A DNA stretch of 64,000 nt from positions 3,968,001 through 4,032,000 of the forward strand of contig JAQFVV010000002.1 in the NCBI GenBank assembly GCA_028023455.1. The letters are read 5' to 3'. The first letter of the stretch is position 1; each line of letters begins with the position of its first letter. The DNA is from Epiperipatus broadwayi. Lineage: Eukaryota; Animalia; Onychophora. The position numbers and the translations under genes were made by a program. Below, piece by piece: positions 14,110-26,652 of this stretch. The notes below the pieces were generated by a model. That model searched no databases. It saw only the letters and a program-made list of their open reading frames with translations, and was not told where the DNA came from.

Positions 14110-14500
14110 TATCCTTTATAAATATACTTGTCTCAATCTTTATCTTATAATTATTTATGATTTTTTAAATTTTAATATCCATATAATTAATTGAAATATT
14201 TATTTCCTTTTCCATTGTAAATTTAATGTTTTCATCAATTAAATTAATATACTTTAAAAATATTCTGATTTCCTATCATTACCATTAAACACTAAAAATT
14301 AATCATCAACATATCTCACATAAAATATAGGTTTGCATTTCATTTCATTAAAAAATCTTCCTTCAAAATAATTAATATATAATGATGCCAGTAATCCACT
14401 TAAACAATTACCTATACTCAAATTTTTACATTGCTTATAATATCTTTCACTGTATTCAAATATAATATCCTTACAACATACATTCAAAATGTCATGTAAT
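14110..14500 (-). mobile_element. Second Penelope-like RT fragment (different family)
   Basis: YYKQCKNLSIGNCLSGLLASLYINYFE...FYVRYVDD, then NIKFTMEKE..INYMDIKI read by eye toward 14110. Confidence 0.8.
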
Positions 14501-14504
14501 AGAT

Positions 14505-14884
14505 TACATTCTATTATCATCTTTTTCTAGCAATATGTTCATCCCAACTTCACTTCAGTCTCTTTGTTCTTTCAATGATGTCAATAACATCTGCTTGTTC
14601 TCTTATTCGTATATTTCATTTTCAATCTCTTATTATTATTCCTAAGATGCATCTTTCCATAATTCATTGAGTGGTCTGAAGTCTCTGTATTGCTCTTTGT
14701 TAAGTGTCCAAGTCTCAGATCCATAAGTAAGAAATGGTAAATCACATTTATTAAAAACTTTTCCTTAGGCATATTTCCTTTTAATATTGTTATTTTTAAT
14801 GAAAGCACTCCAACCAAGTTTAATTCTATGATTAATTTTATCCAGTATGTTTCTGTCTATAGTAATAATTTAAGTAATAACCTG
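14505..14884 (-). pseudogene. RTE-clade LINE, post-RT segment (continuation after the PLE insertion)
   Basis: IITIDRNILDKINHRIKLGWSAF; LPFLTYGSETWTLNK; DVIDIIERTKRLK*SWDEHIARK. Confidence 0.82.
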
Positions 14885-15184
14885 TAGATTTATACCTTAC
14901 GTTTGTCTAAATATGATAATATAATCCGTGCTATCACACGATGAAAAGCTGTAACAACAAATAGAAAAATAAATTAAATGGCTAAGCACTTTCAAGAAGA
15001 TGTACTTCTCATAATCGTAGCCCTAAATAAAATAAAATTAATGACTCGTTCTTTGAAATCATTATATAACTACAATATGCAAATTCTATGCAAATGAAAC
15101 ATTATGACCATCTTTTTGATATAGCAAAACATGCTTTTTTATGATTAATGGTGAAGGAGTCCTCTGCAATAAAGTAAGCCTCCT

Positions 15185-15676
15185 TTACCTTTCACTTAAT
15201 ATCATGCCTCTCAATACAAACCAATTTTGCAGATGCGGGTTTGAACATATGTCCTGATTCTTTTTGATGTTGAGCAAAAATTGAAGTCCATTCTGGATTA
15301 GTATGTGAGGATTATATCTATACATATGTTGTGACATCCTAGTAGCTATGCTGGCTCTTGTCTCACCATAGTATGAAGCTTTGCATCCATTATGAGGGCA
15401 TGCCACTCTGTACACGGCCTGTGGGGTCTGATCAGAAGCTATAGTGTCTTTAGTGTTGTTAATAAGGCTATTAGTTGATATAGGTGTATGAAAACTCAAA
15501 TGAAATTCTGTAGAGAAAGTCCTATAGAATTTTTTATGCAAAGAGTGCACGTAGGGCAACAATAGCCAAGGCTTGTTGTCTTCAACTCTGTGTTTTCCAA
15601 TATTATTAATAAACTGCTTAATCTTGCTATAAACTCTGCTGCACCTGTATCCTGATTTGATTAAGTTAGTTAGCAT
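15185..15676 (-). pseudogene. GIY-YIG endonuclease of the Penelope-like element
   Basis: LPYV linker followed by VY...C...C..SYYGET...R..QH. Confidence 0.87.
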
Positions 15677-16319
15677 AATTAATCATGTTAGACCTTCTGT
15701 CTGCCTCAAATTTGCACAAATGGTAATTTCTAAAACGAAATGATGTCAACCCAGCAAATTTGTGAGTCCTAGGTGTGTATGAATCAGCGTGAATCTGTCC
15801 ATGAACTTCTGGTGGTTTCATGACCATTGTATAGTTAAGCATACTTCCTTCTCTGTGTACATTGACATCTAAATATTTTACCTCCTGCTTTATATCTTCC
15901 CAAGTAATATTCAAATTTAATGATGTGCTCACTTGTATCTGAGCTTTGATTTGCTCAACAATATTTACTGGAGCAGCAATGAATAAGTCATCCACATACC
16001 TCGTATATATCACATTATTATCTACTATGTTGTATTTAGATAATACTTGTTTTTTATAAAAATTCAAATAGATGCTAGCCATCATGGGCAATCCCATGGA
16101 CCACCCATCATTCATGTGGCACCAATTATCTTCAAACTTTGCCATTATATTTGCATCCAAACATCTCAAAAATTCTGTAATGAAACAAATGCGAGCCTGA
16201 GCCACATTTTTACTTACGAGTTCTTGTTGTATAATATCTATCAACATCTTTCTATTAATAGACCCATATAACTCTGAAATGTCTAACACAGCAATTTTAA
16301 ACTCAGGCTTTATTAGCAT
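15666..16319 (-). pseudogene. Penelope-like reverse transcriptase (partial)
   Basis: YVDD motif with PLE-type flanking motifs; frameshift to the EN ORF at ~15670. Confidence 0.88.
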
Positions 16320-16362
16320 GTTCTTGATTCACTCTACAAAATCAAAGAAGATTTTATAGTAT

Positions 16363-17995
16363 TTACAATTGTTAACTTCTTCTAACTTACCATTATCAAT
16401 CCTTATTTCCATCTTTTGGCAAATGCATTGAACATTACCATACTCTTTTTAATTTATCTTTAATCCTACTTTCTTACTTTGATGTGATAATTCTTGCAAC
16501 ATTTCTTGAAACTATAAAGCATTATTTTCAAAAACTACATCATCTTCAAAATATAGGTGACTTTAATAATCTCCAGTTACTTTTACTTCCATAGCTTTCC
16601 ATTTTAATGCACAAAATATTTCTTGAAAAAACTGCTGTAAAAAGTTCTGGATGTATGGAGTTGTTCTGTCATACATCCTTCTCAATGTTAACCTTCCTAG
16701 TATCATTATGTAATCTAATTGTTTCTGTTTGGATTTTTAGAAATATTTATTAGAATATGACTATATTCTGGGTCTATATCTCACTGATTTAATGTTTTAA
16801 CCACTAAAGAAATGCTTATAGAATCCAATGTATATTCATTATCTACAAATTCAAAACATAATGGCAACTCATATTCAATGGTCTTTTCTGTAATTTCTCT
16901 CAATATGTTGAATGTGATCCACTATACTAAAACCACTTTTAAATTCAGCTTGTTCTTTTGGTTAGTTAAAATCCAAGATTCACTGTAGTCAAGTTGTAAT
17001 TGTTTTGGTAAACATTTTTTGATAAAAGACTGGTAGGTCTGTAATTTCTAAAATCTTCTTTATCACCTTTTCTAAATATCAATATTAATACTGTTTTTTT
17101 TTTCAATCATCTGGATATATCTTTATCATTTAGACATTTGGTAAATAACATTGCCAAAATTGTTTTATTTCTTCTTCTGCTTCTTTTAAGATATCAATCA
17201 TAATTCCACCATTAATTGGAATGTTTCACTTCATAAATTTAATTCTATGTATCACTTCTTCATTTAAATGTCTCACTTCTTCATTTAAACTTTTGGGCAA
17301 TGAAGGTACTTTTCCTTGTCTTTTATTGCTATTGATGTCATTTCTCTTTTTAGTAATAGTTCTTTTATTTTTTTTCTCATTACATAAATAAGTTTCTATC
17401 ATTTACTAAAATAATGCTTTGCACTCTTGAGATTTTTATTCACTTCTATAACTTTCTTTGTTAGTTCACAATTATACTTTCTTATATCTTTATCAAAATT
17501 CCAAGATATTCAATGCTTCTTAATGTATCAATTTTATATATTTTCATATTCTTTCTTTTTAATAAATTGTCTTGTCTCAGAAGAAATTTTATTGGTCAAT
17601 TGCTGCTTTTTTGTACCAGTTACCTTTACTTTAGTATTGAAAAGGGTATCAGTTATCTTTCTACTAAATTTATTCAAATTTGAATCAAGTTCAAAATCTG
17701 TTAATATTTGAAAACAATTTGCAAGTTCTAATTTAAATTCATTGGAATGTTTCTAAAGATTAGAAATATCAAGTGAAAATATTGTTTTTCTTAAAAATTT
17801 GTTTCTATGACTCTTATTTTGACTATTTTGTTTCTCTCTAGTTTTACATTAACATGTATTTTACATCTTTCTAAACAATGATCATTTCCTATGTTGAATT
17901 TATTAAGAACATTACAATCTTGAAATGTATAATTTCCTTAGTCAAAATATAATTCAATTCCATGCCTTCATTTAGATATTTCCATGTCCATGAGT
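16363..17995 (-). pseudogene. RTE-clade LINE, EN C-terminus plus RT (decayed)
   Basis: Hand translation with frameshifts: WTW..NYILT..GNDH (APE end); LFTKCL; IFRKGDKEDFRNYRPTSLLS; EQAEFKSGFSIVDHI; IRLHNDTRKVNIEK; PELFTAV; SHLYFEDDVV; KVGLKIN. Confidence 0.82.
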
Positions 17996-17999
17996 AATG

Positions 18000-19041
18000 T
18001 GTGACTTGCCATAGAAGTATGACCAGAAAAGTGATAAACTGTATCTATCAGAGACCTTAGTTGCCTAATTCGTGAACCTTTTTTTTTATTTTACATATAC
18101 CTGTGTAGAATTCTGTTATTTCACTTCCGCACTTGGTAACCCAAATCTCTATAACTCGGAAGAGTCCATTGTAGTTGAAGTCAAGAAAGTGCAGGGAGGA
18201 AGGTTGTTAAGATAGATTTTTTTTCTATTGAATAAAATTTAGGTAACTCTCCCTTAATAGTGATATAACATTTAGTATTATAATCATTACTGTAAGGAAT
18301 GTGGAATAAGGGAAGATTTTATTTGATATTATTCCATATTAAAAACATGCACTTGCTACAGGACAGAGATTGTGTTGTTTATTTGTGATCATTGTAAAAT
18401 GAATTAATAATTTTTCTCTTTATCATTCTTATTTACTTTGTAAATATGTAGTGCTTTTATGTATACCTACCATAGGAAGGGTTGAAATAATAAACATATT
18501 TAATCATTAATATGGTAGGGATATATACTTGACACAAACACATGTATATAATTATTTTTTTATTAAAAGAGTTTTTCAATTTTTATTTTGTTTGTAAATA
18601 AACATTGTTAATTTGATTTTCATTAAATGATCTCTAGTTTATCAAAGTTATTTATCCATTCATTCATCAATTCATAACCATACATATGTGTACACACACA
18701 CCTCTTACATTATAGTATAGTAAAAAAGGTTAAATGAGTCCTTTACTTGATTGAAACCCATATGAAGGTATTGTATCTGCTATCTAAGGTAAATTCTTCC
18801 CTGAAGAGAGCCAAGTGCAACATTTTCCCTGGGTTTGAGGCATGAAGGAGTGAGGTATGAATGATTTAGCCTAAACTGTGTTTAAATTTAATGTGTAAAC
18901 CTAGAGCTAGCCCACTGAAAGTAGGCATTATCATTGGTTAGGTATCTTATTGCATCATTCATGCATTCTACCTGAAGGCTCTAGGTCAAATCATAGTTAA
19001 ATGTGTTCTCACTCTTCTGGTGGAAACCCTGGACTATCACA
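18000..19041 (+). repeat. Putative 5' LTR of the gypsy element
   Basis: Starts tgtga, ends tcaca, followed by ttttTGGtgctcagacc (PBS-like, 19046-19058); no partner LTR seen to confirm it. Confidence 0.5.
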
Positions 19042-22000
19042 TTTTTGGTGCTCAGACCTTAGAGGCATGAAATATAAGTTTCCAAGGAGGATTGGTATAT
19101 TAAAAAAAAATTTTTGGGAAAATTGTTCACCTTTACAGATTTACGTAGTTATACGAATTGACTTATGAGAATGGGATGATAAACTGAGACCATGAATAAA
19201 TAATTAATTAATAAAAATAAATTAAAATAGGTGAGTTAAGCATGTAAACAGACAGGCTAAAAGCTAGGCATTAAAAATAATATGTACACCATTATAAAAA
19301 TGCTGTGAGAAGTTAAACATATGTGTTAAATGGTAAAAAGATAGCATAAGATTCCATGACATATCTCTATTCATAATTATAAAGAAGTAATTAGTGTTAT
19401 GTATAAGTATTGATGAATGTTTTTAATGATACTAAGGAGTGGTAAACTGTTAAGAAGCAAAAATATGGAATGTACTGAGGCATTACAAGATATTAGCGAT
19501 AGTGAAATGGAAGGTAACTCTAGTAGTATGGAGGAAAGGTCTTTGCTGATCCAAATACCTGGGGGTCTATGGCTAGAGTTGACCACTCTCCACAGGCACA
19601 TGCCACAGATCAGGTATTACCTTAAGCACAAGGAATTCTTGATAATGAAATGACCCTGAGTTCCTGAAAGCAGAGTAATACAGGTTGCAAAAAATGATGT
19701 AACTATGGAACAACTACACCAAATACTTATGGAAATATACCAAAAGATGGACAGTAAGATAGACAGCCTGAACTGTAATATGAATAGTATAAAGGAAAAT
19801 ACGAACAGTGTGAAGGCAGATATGAAACATATGAAGGGAGAATTGAGCAATAATATGAGTAGTATGGAAACAAGATTAAAGAGAGACATTAACAGTACTA
19901 AGGAAGATATGAAAGATGAAATGAATAAGGTGATAAATTTGGAAGAAAGATTGAGAGAATATATGGATAGTGTTAGGACAGCTATAAAAGCAGATGTGAA
20001 GGACATAGAAACTAAACTGTTTACAGATATGGAGCAATTATCCCTCAACTTAGATAGCATTCAGAGAGACAACTCTGAAATAAAACAAACAATTGGCAAC
20101 ATGAAGAAAGAAATAGTTCAAGTATAACATCATTGGGCAAGAAATAGTTCAAGTATAACATCATTGGGCAATTAAATGTCAAAAGTGATGAAATGCATAA
20201 AAGTCAAGAGGTTTTCAAAGATTAGATGCATACAGAAGAGAAGTTACTAGACAATGTCAAAAAGAAGTTTGAAGATATGCAATCAAGGTGAAACAACTCT
20301 CCACAGCACAGAACTTGAAGCAGAGTCATGAGATAGGCCACTAGGAGCCATTGACTATTTCTTTAAATGACTTGAGGACAAGATACCCTTGACAGTGACT
20401 GAAATCACCTTAAACAGGACCACTCTTGAAAAACTAGTGGATAATGCATCCAAACCATGGGACCATATTGACAAGTTAGATGACGCTCTCAACCAGAGAA
20501 TGGTAATGATCGAGTCTCAGCTGTGACAAAGTACACCAACCTTGGAAATCTGACAAACTGGGATTGACTCAATAACTCGGAATATAGGAGAATGGAATGA
20601 CAGGGAAAATTGCTTGGAGGTTGACCTCAAGAACCCACAGAGGATGAGTGATCAGTGAAAGAAACCAACTGTCCACATTACATAATGCTTAAGAAGGAAA
20701 ATCATCCTCTTACCTTTAATTTAGAAGGATTAGTCCCAAATAGTTATTAAGATAATCCTGAAAACCAGATACAAACCACACATAAATACCCTGGAGATGG
20801 ATGATGCATGGCCACCCAGCCCAATTCAGTGCAATTAACCAATTTATAAGGTTAAAAATATTTAAGGGGGCTATTAACAAAGCCCCCCATAAAACATCTT
20901 AGGAACCTCAATCTTTACTTTTTGGTAAATTGAAATTTGTCTGAATGAGAAAAGATAATCATTGCATACAACCCCTCTTCAAGAAGATGCATTAATGTGT
21001 GGGAGTCACTATTCCAAGTACCATCCACTTTCATATTCCCAAACATTGTTAGTTAAGAATTTCTGCAATAGAGACATGCAAGAGACTCTTTTGTATCAGC
21101 TTTTCCAAGAGAAGTACAGATTTGCACCAGAATATACTTTGACAAAGTTCCTTCACCACCAGGTCACAAAGTTAAGAACACTTAACACCTATCACCTAAG
21201 CAAGAGTGAAATTTTAAGGATAAAAAAAATTTACTTCTCAAAGTTGAGCAATCACTAATATGTAACAGTGCTAGGAGCATCGAGCAGGTAGCTGAATTGC
21301 TCAGCATGTAGCTGAATTGCTCAACAACATAGACATAAACAATGCCAACCTGTCAACTAGGACACCTGAGGAAAGAAAAGAGGAGGCCACTGTCATCATT
21401 ATATTTTACAAAAAAAAAATGAAATATAACAATGATACCAGCTATTGGAAAAAAAAATCCTTACAAAGAAACCCTCCATATATAAAACTGGACAAATATT
21501 TACGAAAGAGTGATACCCTTCCCCCCATAGTGCGGGGAAATCCCCAAAACCAGGGTGCAGTAATTACACACCCACATTCCAGAAAAAAACAAACTAGAAA
21601 GGTACTTTAGGCTAGGTTCCTCACCTTAAGAAATCAAAATGACACTGAAGAATGTGGACAAAACCCCTGACCAAGAAATCATTATGATGTATTCATGGGA
21701 ATATAAACACTCAACTTTACTTTGCAAAGATACTCCATGATAGATGTTTTGTTTAAGAGCTGGTTAGTTAAAGCACACTGTCAGATTGTGGTAGCCAGAT
21801 TTCAGTTGTGTCAGACAAAAATTCTACCATAAAATTCTGACAAAAAATCCCAACACCAAGATCTTACCACTGAGATCTATCCAGATTACCATGGCTAACA
21901 ACAGGAAAGCTACTAAACTAGTGCAAAAGGTTTAAGTTTAAAGTAGACCAACAGTCCTCTATCATGTTTTTAATACTGAATGGTCTAATCCATGACATTC

Positions 22001-23480
22001 TAGGGTCAGACTACACTTGAATACCTACATTATTGATTTCTCTGATAAGACCATTAAAATAGGTGACAAAGTCTTGGAGATGAGATTATTTCTGAGGTAT
22101 GATCTACCTGAAGTTGATTATATATCCAATATCCTTGAAGCACTCATAGATTATAAATGCAAAGTCCAACTTGCTTGAAATCAATGTTTCATTGAAATTG
22201 CGATCTGTTATTAATGAATTTAGCCTGATTTTTTTTAAGATACCAGGAGTCATAGATGAATTTTAACAGAGAATTATATTAAATACATGACCAATCATTT
22301 CAATCCAAGTCATACCCTATTCCTTACCAATATTTTGAAAATATATCCAAACAGATTAATAAAATGCTGGATTGGCAGATCATTTCCAAATGCTCTTCAC
22401 TTTACTGTAATCCAGTGGTAACTGTGAAGAAAAAAGATGGGTCAATGAGATTTTGTTTGGATGCTAGACAATTAAACAAAATTACTTTCCCTGATAAAAA
22501 ACATTACACTGCCCATACATGAAATATTCATAAGATTTGGAAACAAGAAGGTGTTTTCCACTTTTGATCTAATATCCAGCTATTAGCAGATTGTTAATAG
22601 GATATCTTTTGGATTGATAAGTAGTGGTGTTGGTTGGATTAGATGTCTATATAAGATTCTATCTCCTGAGGTTAAAAAGATCATAACTATTTATGTGGAT
22701 GATGTGACCATTGCATCTGCCACAATTAAAGAACATCTTCAACATCTCACCATATTTTTGCAAGAGTGCCACAAAAAAGGATCAAAATCAACTTCAAGAA
22801 AAGTACTCTAGATTCAAACCAGGTAGACACCCTAGATCATATCATTTGTTGCAATAAGATAAATCCTCATCTGGAGAAGTTCAGTGCCATTCAAACCTTT
22901 CTTAAACCAACCAACAATAAACATATCATTTTAGGCCTGTGTAACTTTTACAATGGTTTTTTCCAGAAGTTCTCAGATCACATGGAACTGTTATTAAAAC
23001 TAATTACAAAAGATGACAGATGGAACTGGACTGAGGAACAGGACAAGGCATTTGAAAATATTAAAACAGGGTTCTTAGAGCAAACCATGTTAGCTTTCTC
23101 TGATTTTAATAAACCATTTATTATCCAAACAGATAGTAGTGATTTCAGATTAGGGGTAACATGATCTCAGATTCAGGAGGATGGCCAGCCTGGGGTCCTC
23201 TACTTTATTAGCCAGCTGCTGAAGGGACCAGAAATAAATTACATGGTTACTGAGAAGGAAGAACTAGCAATAGTTGGGACCTTGCCAAATGTTTTGACAG
23301 ATGCTACTTAGATTGGAGGTGGTAGTGATCACAGACCACAAAAGCCTTAAATTCCTGAATCACAGCTATCTGATGAATAGACATCTAGTCAGATAGTTTG
23401 CTGTTACAGGAATTCATTTACACCATGAAATACTGTAAGGGATCTGAGAATGTTGTGACTGACATGCTTAGTCAAAATCC
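18000..23480 (+). mobile_element. Ty3/gypsy LTR retrotransposon, decayed; integrase and 3' LTR missing
   Basis: Coiled-coil gag-like ORF 19705-20127; protease LSDCGSQISVVS (~21778) and ILGSD; RT YCNPVVTVKKKDGSMRFCLDARQLN (22403-22477), YVDD (~22692); RNase H FNKPFIIQTDSSD, TEKE.LAIV, TDHKSL, DMLS (~23461). PR-RT-RH order. Confidence 0.88.
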
Positions 23481-26089
23481 ATGTAGGACAGGAACAGAAT
23501 CATTTGTCAATAATGTCTATGTTACAAACTTTTAATAGTGTAAGAATAACTATATATTAAAGTAATGCTAAATACATGCATATCTCAAGCTGAACATTTC
23601 TATAATTGGATAACAGAAATCCCCACATTTGAATTTATTATTTTATAACAAAATTGCAGAATTTTATAGAAAACATTCAATAATTTAATACATATAAGAA
23701 TGATCTTCAAATAATTATTTAATTTCTAGATCATTCATATTATTTAATGATCTTAACTGATTATTTTTTCTGCATTTGTCCTATTATAAATTTATATAAA
23801 ATTATTATGATGCTCAAAGATAGAACAGTTTATAGTTTGTAACTCTAATTAGTAATTTTTTTTTTTTAATATTGTTAACCTTAAATACATCTACTTGAGG
23901 ATTTTTTTGTTTAAACATAAAATTAAAATATGATTTGAAATCTTAAATTTTTAAAATATAAATCATTAATTTTACTATATAACTTATAAACCACATAAGA
24001 AATGTATGAAATAACAATGTCAAATTTATATAATAAATTTCTACAGTAAAGTTCATCCATCTTTAAACCTTTTTTATTACAGTTTTTTTTTATAACTTAA
24101 GTATAAATGGGAAATTACTGCAATGTTTAGGTTTAGTTAACTTTAAATAAATTAATAGCAGAAAGCATGAAGCAGCTTTACTTTTTTCCAGAGCTCTGAT
24201 AATTTTTTTTAGCTGTTTTCAGTTATTCTTTTAGTTTCTTGAATTTTTATATACTGCATTTGTGTTAATGATTCTTTCAAATGTAGTTTTTTAATTTTGT
24301 TTGCTATTGAGGGTGAGGCATTCCATAAGATCTTATTAAAGCATTTTAAAGACATCCTATATGATCATGGTTTCCCTCTCCAAAAATAATACTTCTGGCT
24401 TAGTCTGCAATTGGTTTTAGAATTTGCAAAAAAGCTAATTTTATTTTATATATTTGTTAAAACTATATTTTAAGTATGGAAACTTTAAAATGCTAAATTT
24501 ATTGAATTTCTTACTGTGATTTTAGAATGCTGAATCTATTGCAACTCTTACAGATGCAGATTTATATAGTTTTTTCTTTTAAAATAATAAAAATCACATG
24601 ACATTCACATGTGCATTCTGGAATTATCTTTTTTTTATGTATTTTATAAATTGGATGACATTAATTGTACATTATTTTCATTTTAAATTAATGAAACTTA
24701 AGATTATCTCCTATAATATTTTAAAAAAAAAATCCTTACAGGACATATATATTTATTATCTTTTGATAACAAGTTTATTTGTGAAGTGAATGATGGGAAG
24801 GGCATTTTGTTTTGTATATTTATTTTTTTATGTATCTTATTAAATTTCACTTCAAAAGGTCTTCACCTCCGGGAAAGCCTTTGATGATACCTGGACATTA
24901 ATTTTACTACTTTCTTCCTGTTTCTCAACTCCAACCAACTCAGCCTTTTAGATTAGGCAATTTTAAAAGATAATACTTATGCTTATATAAAACCCTATAA
25001 CCAAGTTCTGAGTATCACACACACTATACAATCTTTCTTCACTATACCCAATCACATAAGTGGAATAACAGTTGTGTTCACATAATACATTCTAGTCAGA
25101 TGTCAAACAGAACATTAATATAATAATCATGGTATTGTACAATTTTTTATTTTCATCAGGATGTAATCACTATATAGTGTTAATAAATTATTATTGAAAT
25201 GGAGGTCCATTTGTTAATCGATGATAGTTGTGAAAGAATTTTAGGAAAATTTTGTTTTTTTTAGCTAGCATTGTAATGTTATTTGATTTTCTATTTTAAT
25301 TTATTTTATATATTTATTACATGTATGAATAAATAAAAAATATTATAGATACATACATAGTGGAACACCTGCCTTTTCTTACTGTTATGAGTTATACATT
25401 GATTAAAATGTATGGTATTTTTTATTATTATATCTAAGTAACCTTAACCTTCCTTACTTTGCCTAGCTCATTTTTGGAAAATGATTAAACTATGCTGTAT
25501 TAATATTTTTTTTTTATATAACTATTATAAAGTGATTGATGGAGATATAGAGACAATCATATTTTCCAAATAAGTTGGCCTGGATTTAATTTTCCAGATC
25601 ATTAGTTTAGCAATAAAAAAAAATTTTTTTTTTTAAAAATGGCTGCAATATAATGTTTCTCACAGATGAATGTCAATAGATGCCTTTTAAATAATTTTAT
25701 TCTTGCTTTTAATATAGTTTTTAAATAGAAACAGAGAATTAATAGTCTTTTGCAAGTATTAGTGTTTTAACTATTCTTCTGACTTAATTTGTATTTGTTA
25801 TGTATAGTTCACAACAAATAATTTATGATTAATTGATAGGTACATAAGTAAATATTGCATGTGCATATATATATAGTATTATATATGTGTATATTTACAC
25901 CTCTAACACAAAACTGGGAAAATTGTTTATTCAATAAAAATATAAAAATATTTGGCATATTTATGACTGAAAATTTGAATCTGGACCAAGTACATTTTTT
26001 TTAAGAGATTGGTTTACTTTTAGACAGAATGTCCATAGACAAACTATTATTCAGTAAATGGGGATCTAAACACTATTAACTAAAAGTAA

Positions 26090-26652
26090 GTTGAGATACT
26101 GCCAAATCTCTAGCGCTCATTACAATACTTATCCAATCAGATGTCATGGATAGCTGTCCAAATGACGTCCAAACCTAAACACACAACAAAGATTTTACAA
26201 GAAAAGGGTGGCTACCCTTTTCTTTACTTTTATTTCTATATATCTAAGTCAGTCATAAGTATTTAGGTTTGAAAACTTGAAGCTTTAAAAATCTTCATAA
26301 TTAACTCACTGAGTCTAAATCATAAACGTACAACGTGAAATCGTATGATTTACTATGTAGTAGTTTTTAGAATACATAACAAGCAGTAAAATATGTAAAT
26401 AATATTTTAATTTGCGAAGTGCAGATAGTTGAAAATTGAAATAAATTGAGATACTGCCAAATCTGTAGCACTCATTACAATACTTATCCGACAGCCAATC
26501 AAATGTTGTGTGTTTAGGTTTGGATGTCATTTGGACAGCTATCCATGACATCTGATTGGCTGTCAGGTAAGTATTATAAAGAGCACTAGAGATTTGGAAG
26601 TATCTCAATTTATTTCAATTTTCAACTATCTGTGCTTCGCAAATTAAAATAT
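26090..26652. mobile_element. Family F: ~355-nt tandem unit plus inverted arm, no canonical hammerhead found
   Basis: gagatactgccaaatc at 26093 and 26448; 26503-26652 inverted; near-TSD tattaactaaaagtaa / tattagctaaaaggtaa. Confidence 0.7.

Larger units (their letters stand above)
14885..16362 (-). mobile_element. Penelope-like retroelement (RT + C-terminal GIY-YIG), 5'-truncated, inserted in an RTE LINE
   Basis: ORF 15666-16319: LDISELY, DGWSMG, YTRYVDDLF, YLDV, DSYTPRTHK. ORF 15185-15676: VYRVACPHNGCKASYYGETRASIATRMSQH (GIY-YIG). RTE frame stops at ~16362 and resumes at ~14884. Confidence 0.9.

Noticed and set aside
19617-20060. 147-aa Ser/Leu/Ile-rich - strand ORF
   Set aside because: Antisense shadow of the gag-like coiled-coil ORF.
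26316-26351. Three-way junction with GAAA in family F as a functional hammerhead
   Set aside because: CUGANGA is absent (only taa), and it lies antisense to the strand implied by the insertion ends; kept only as a lead.
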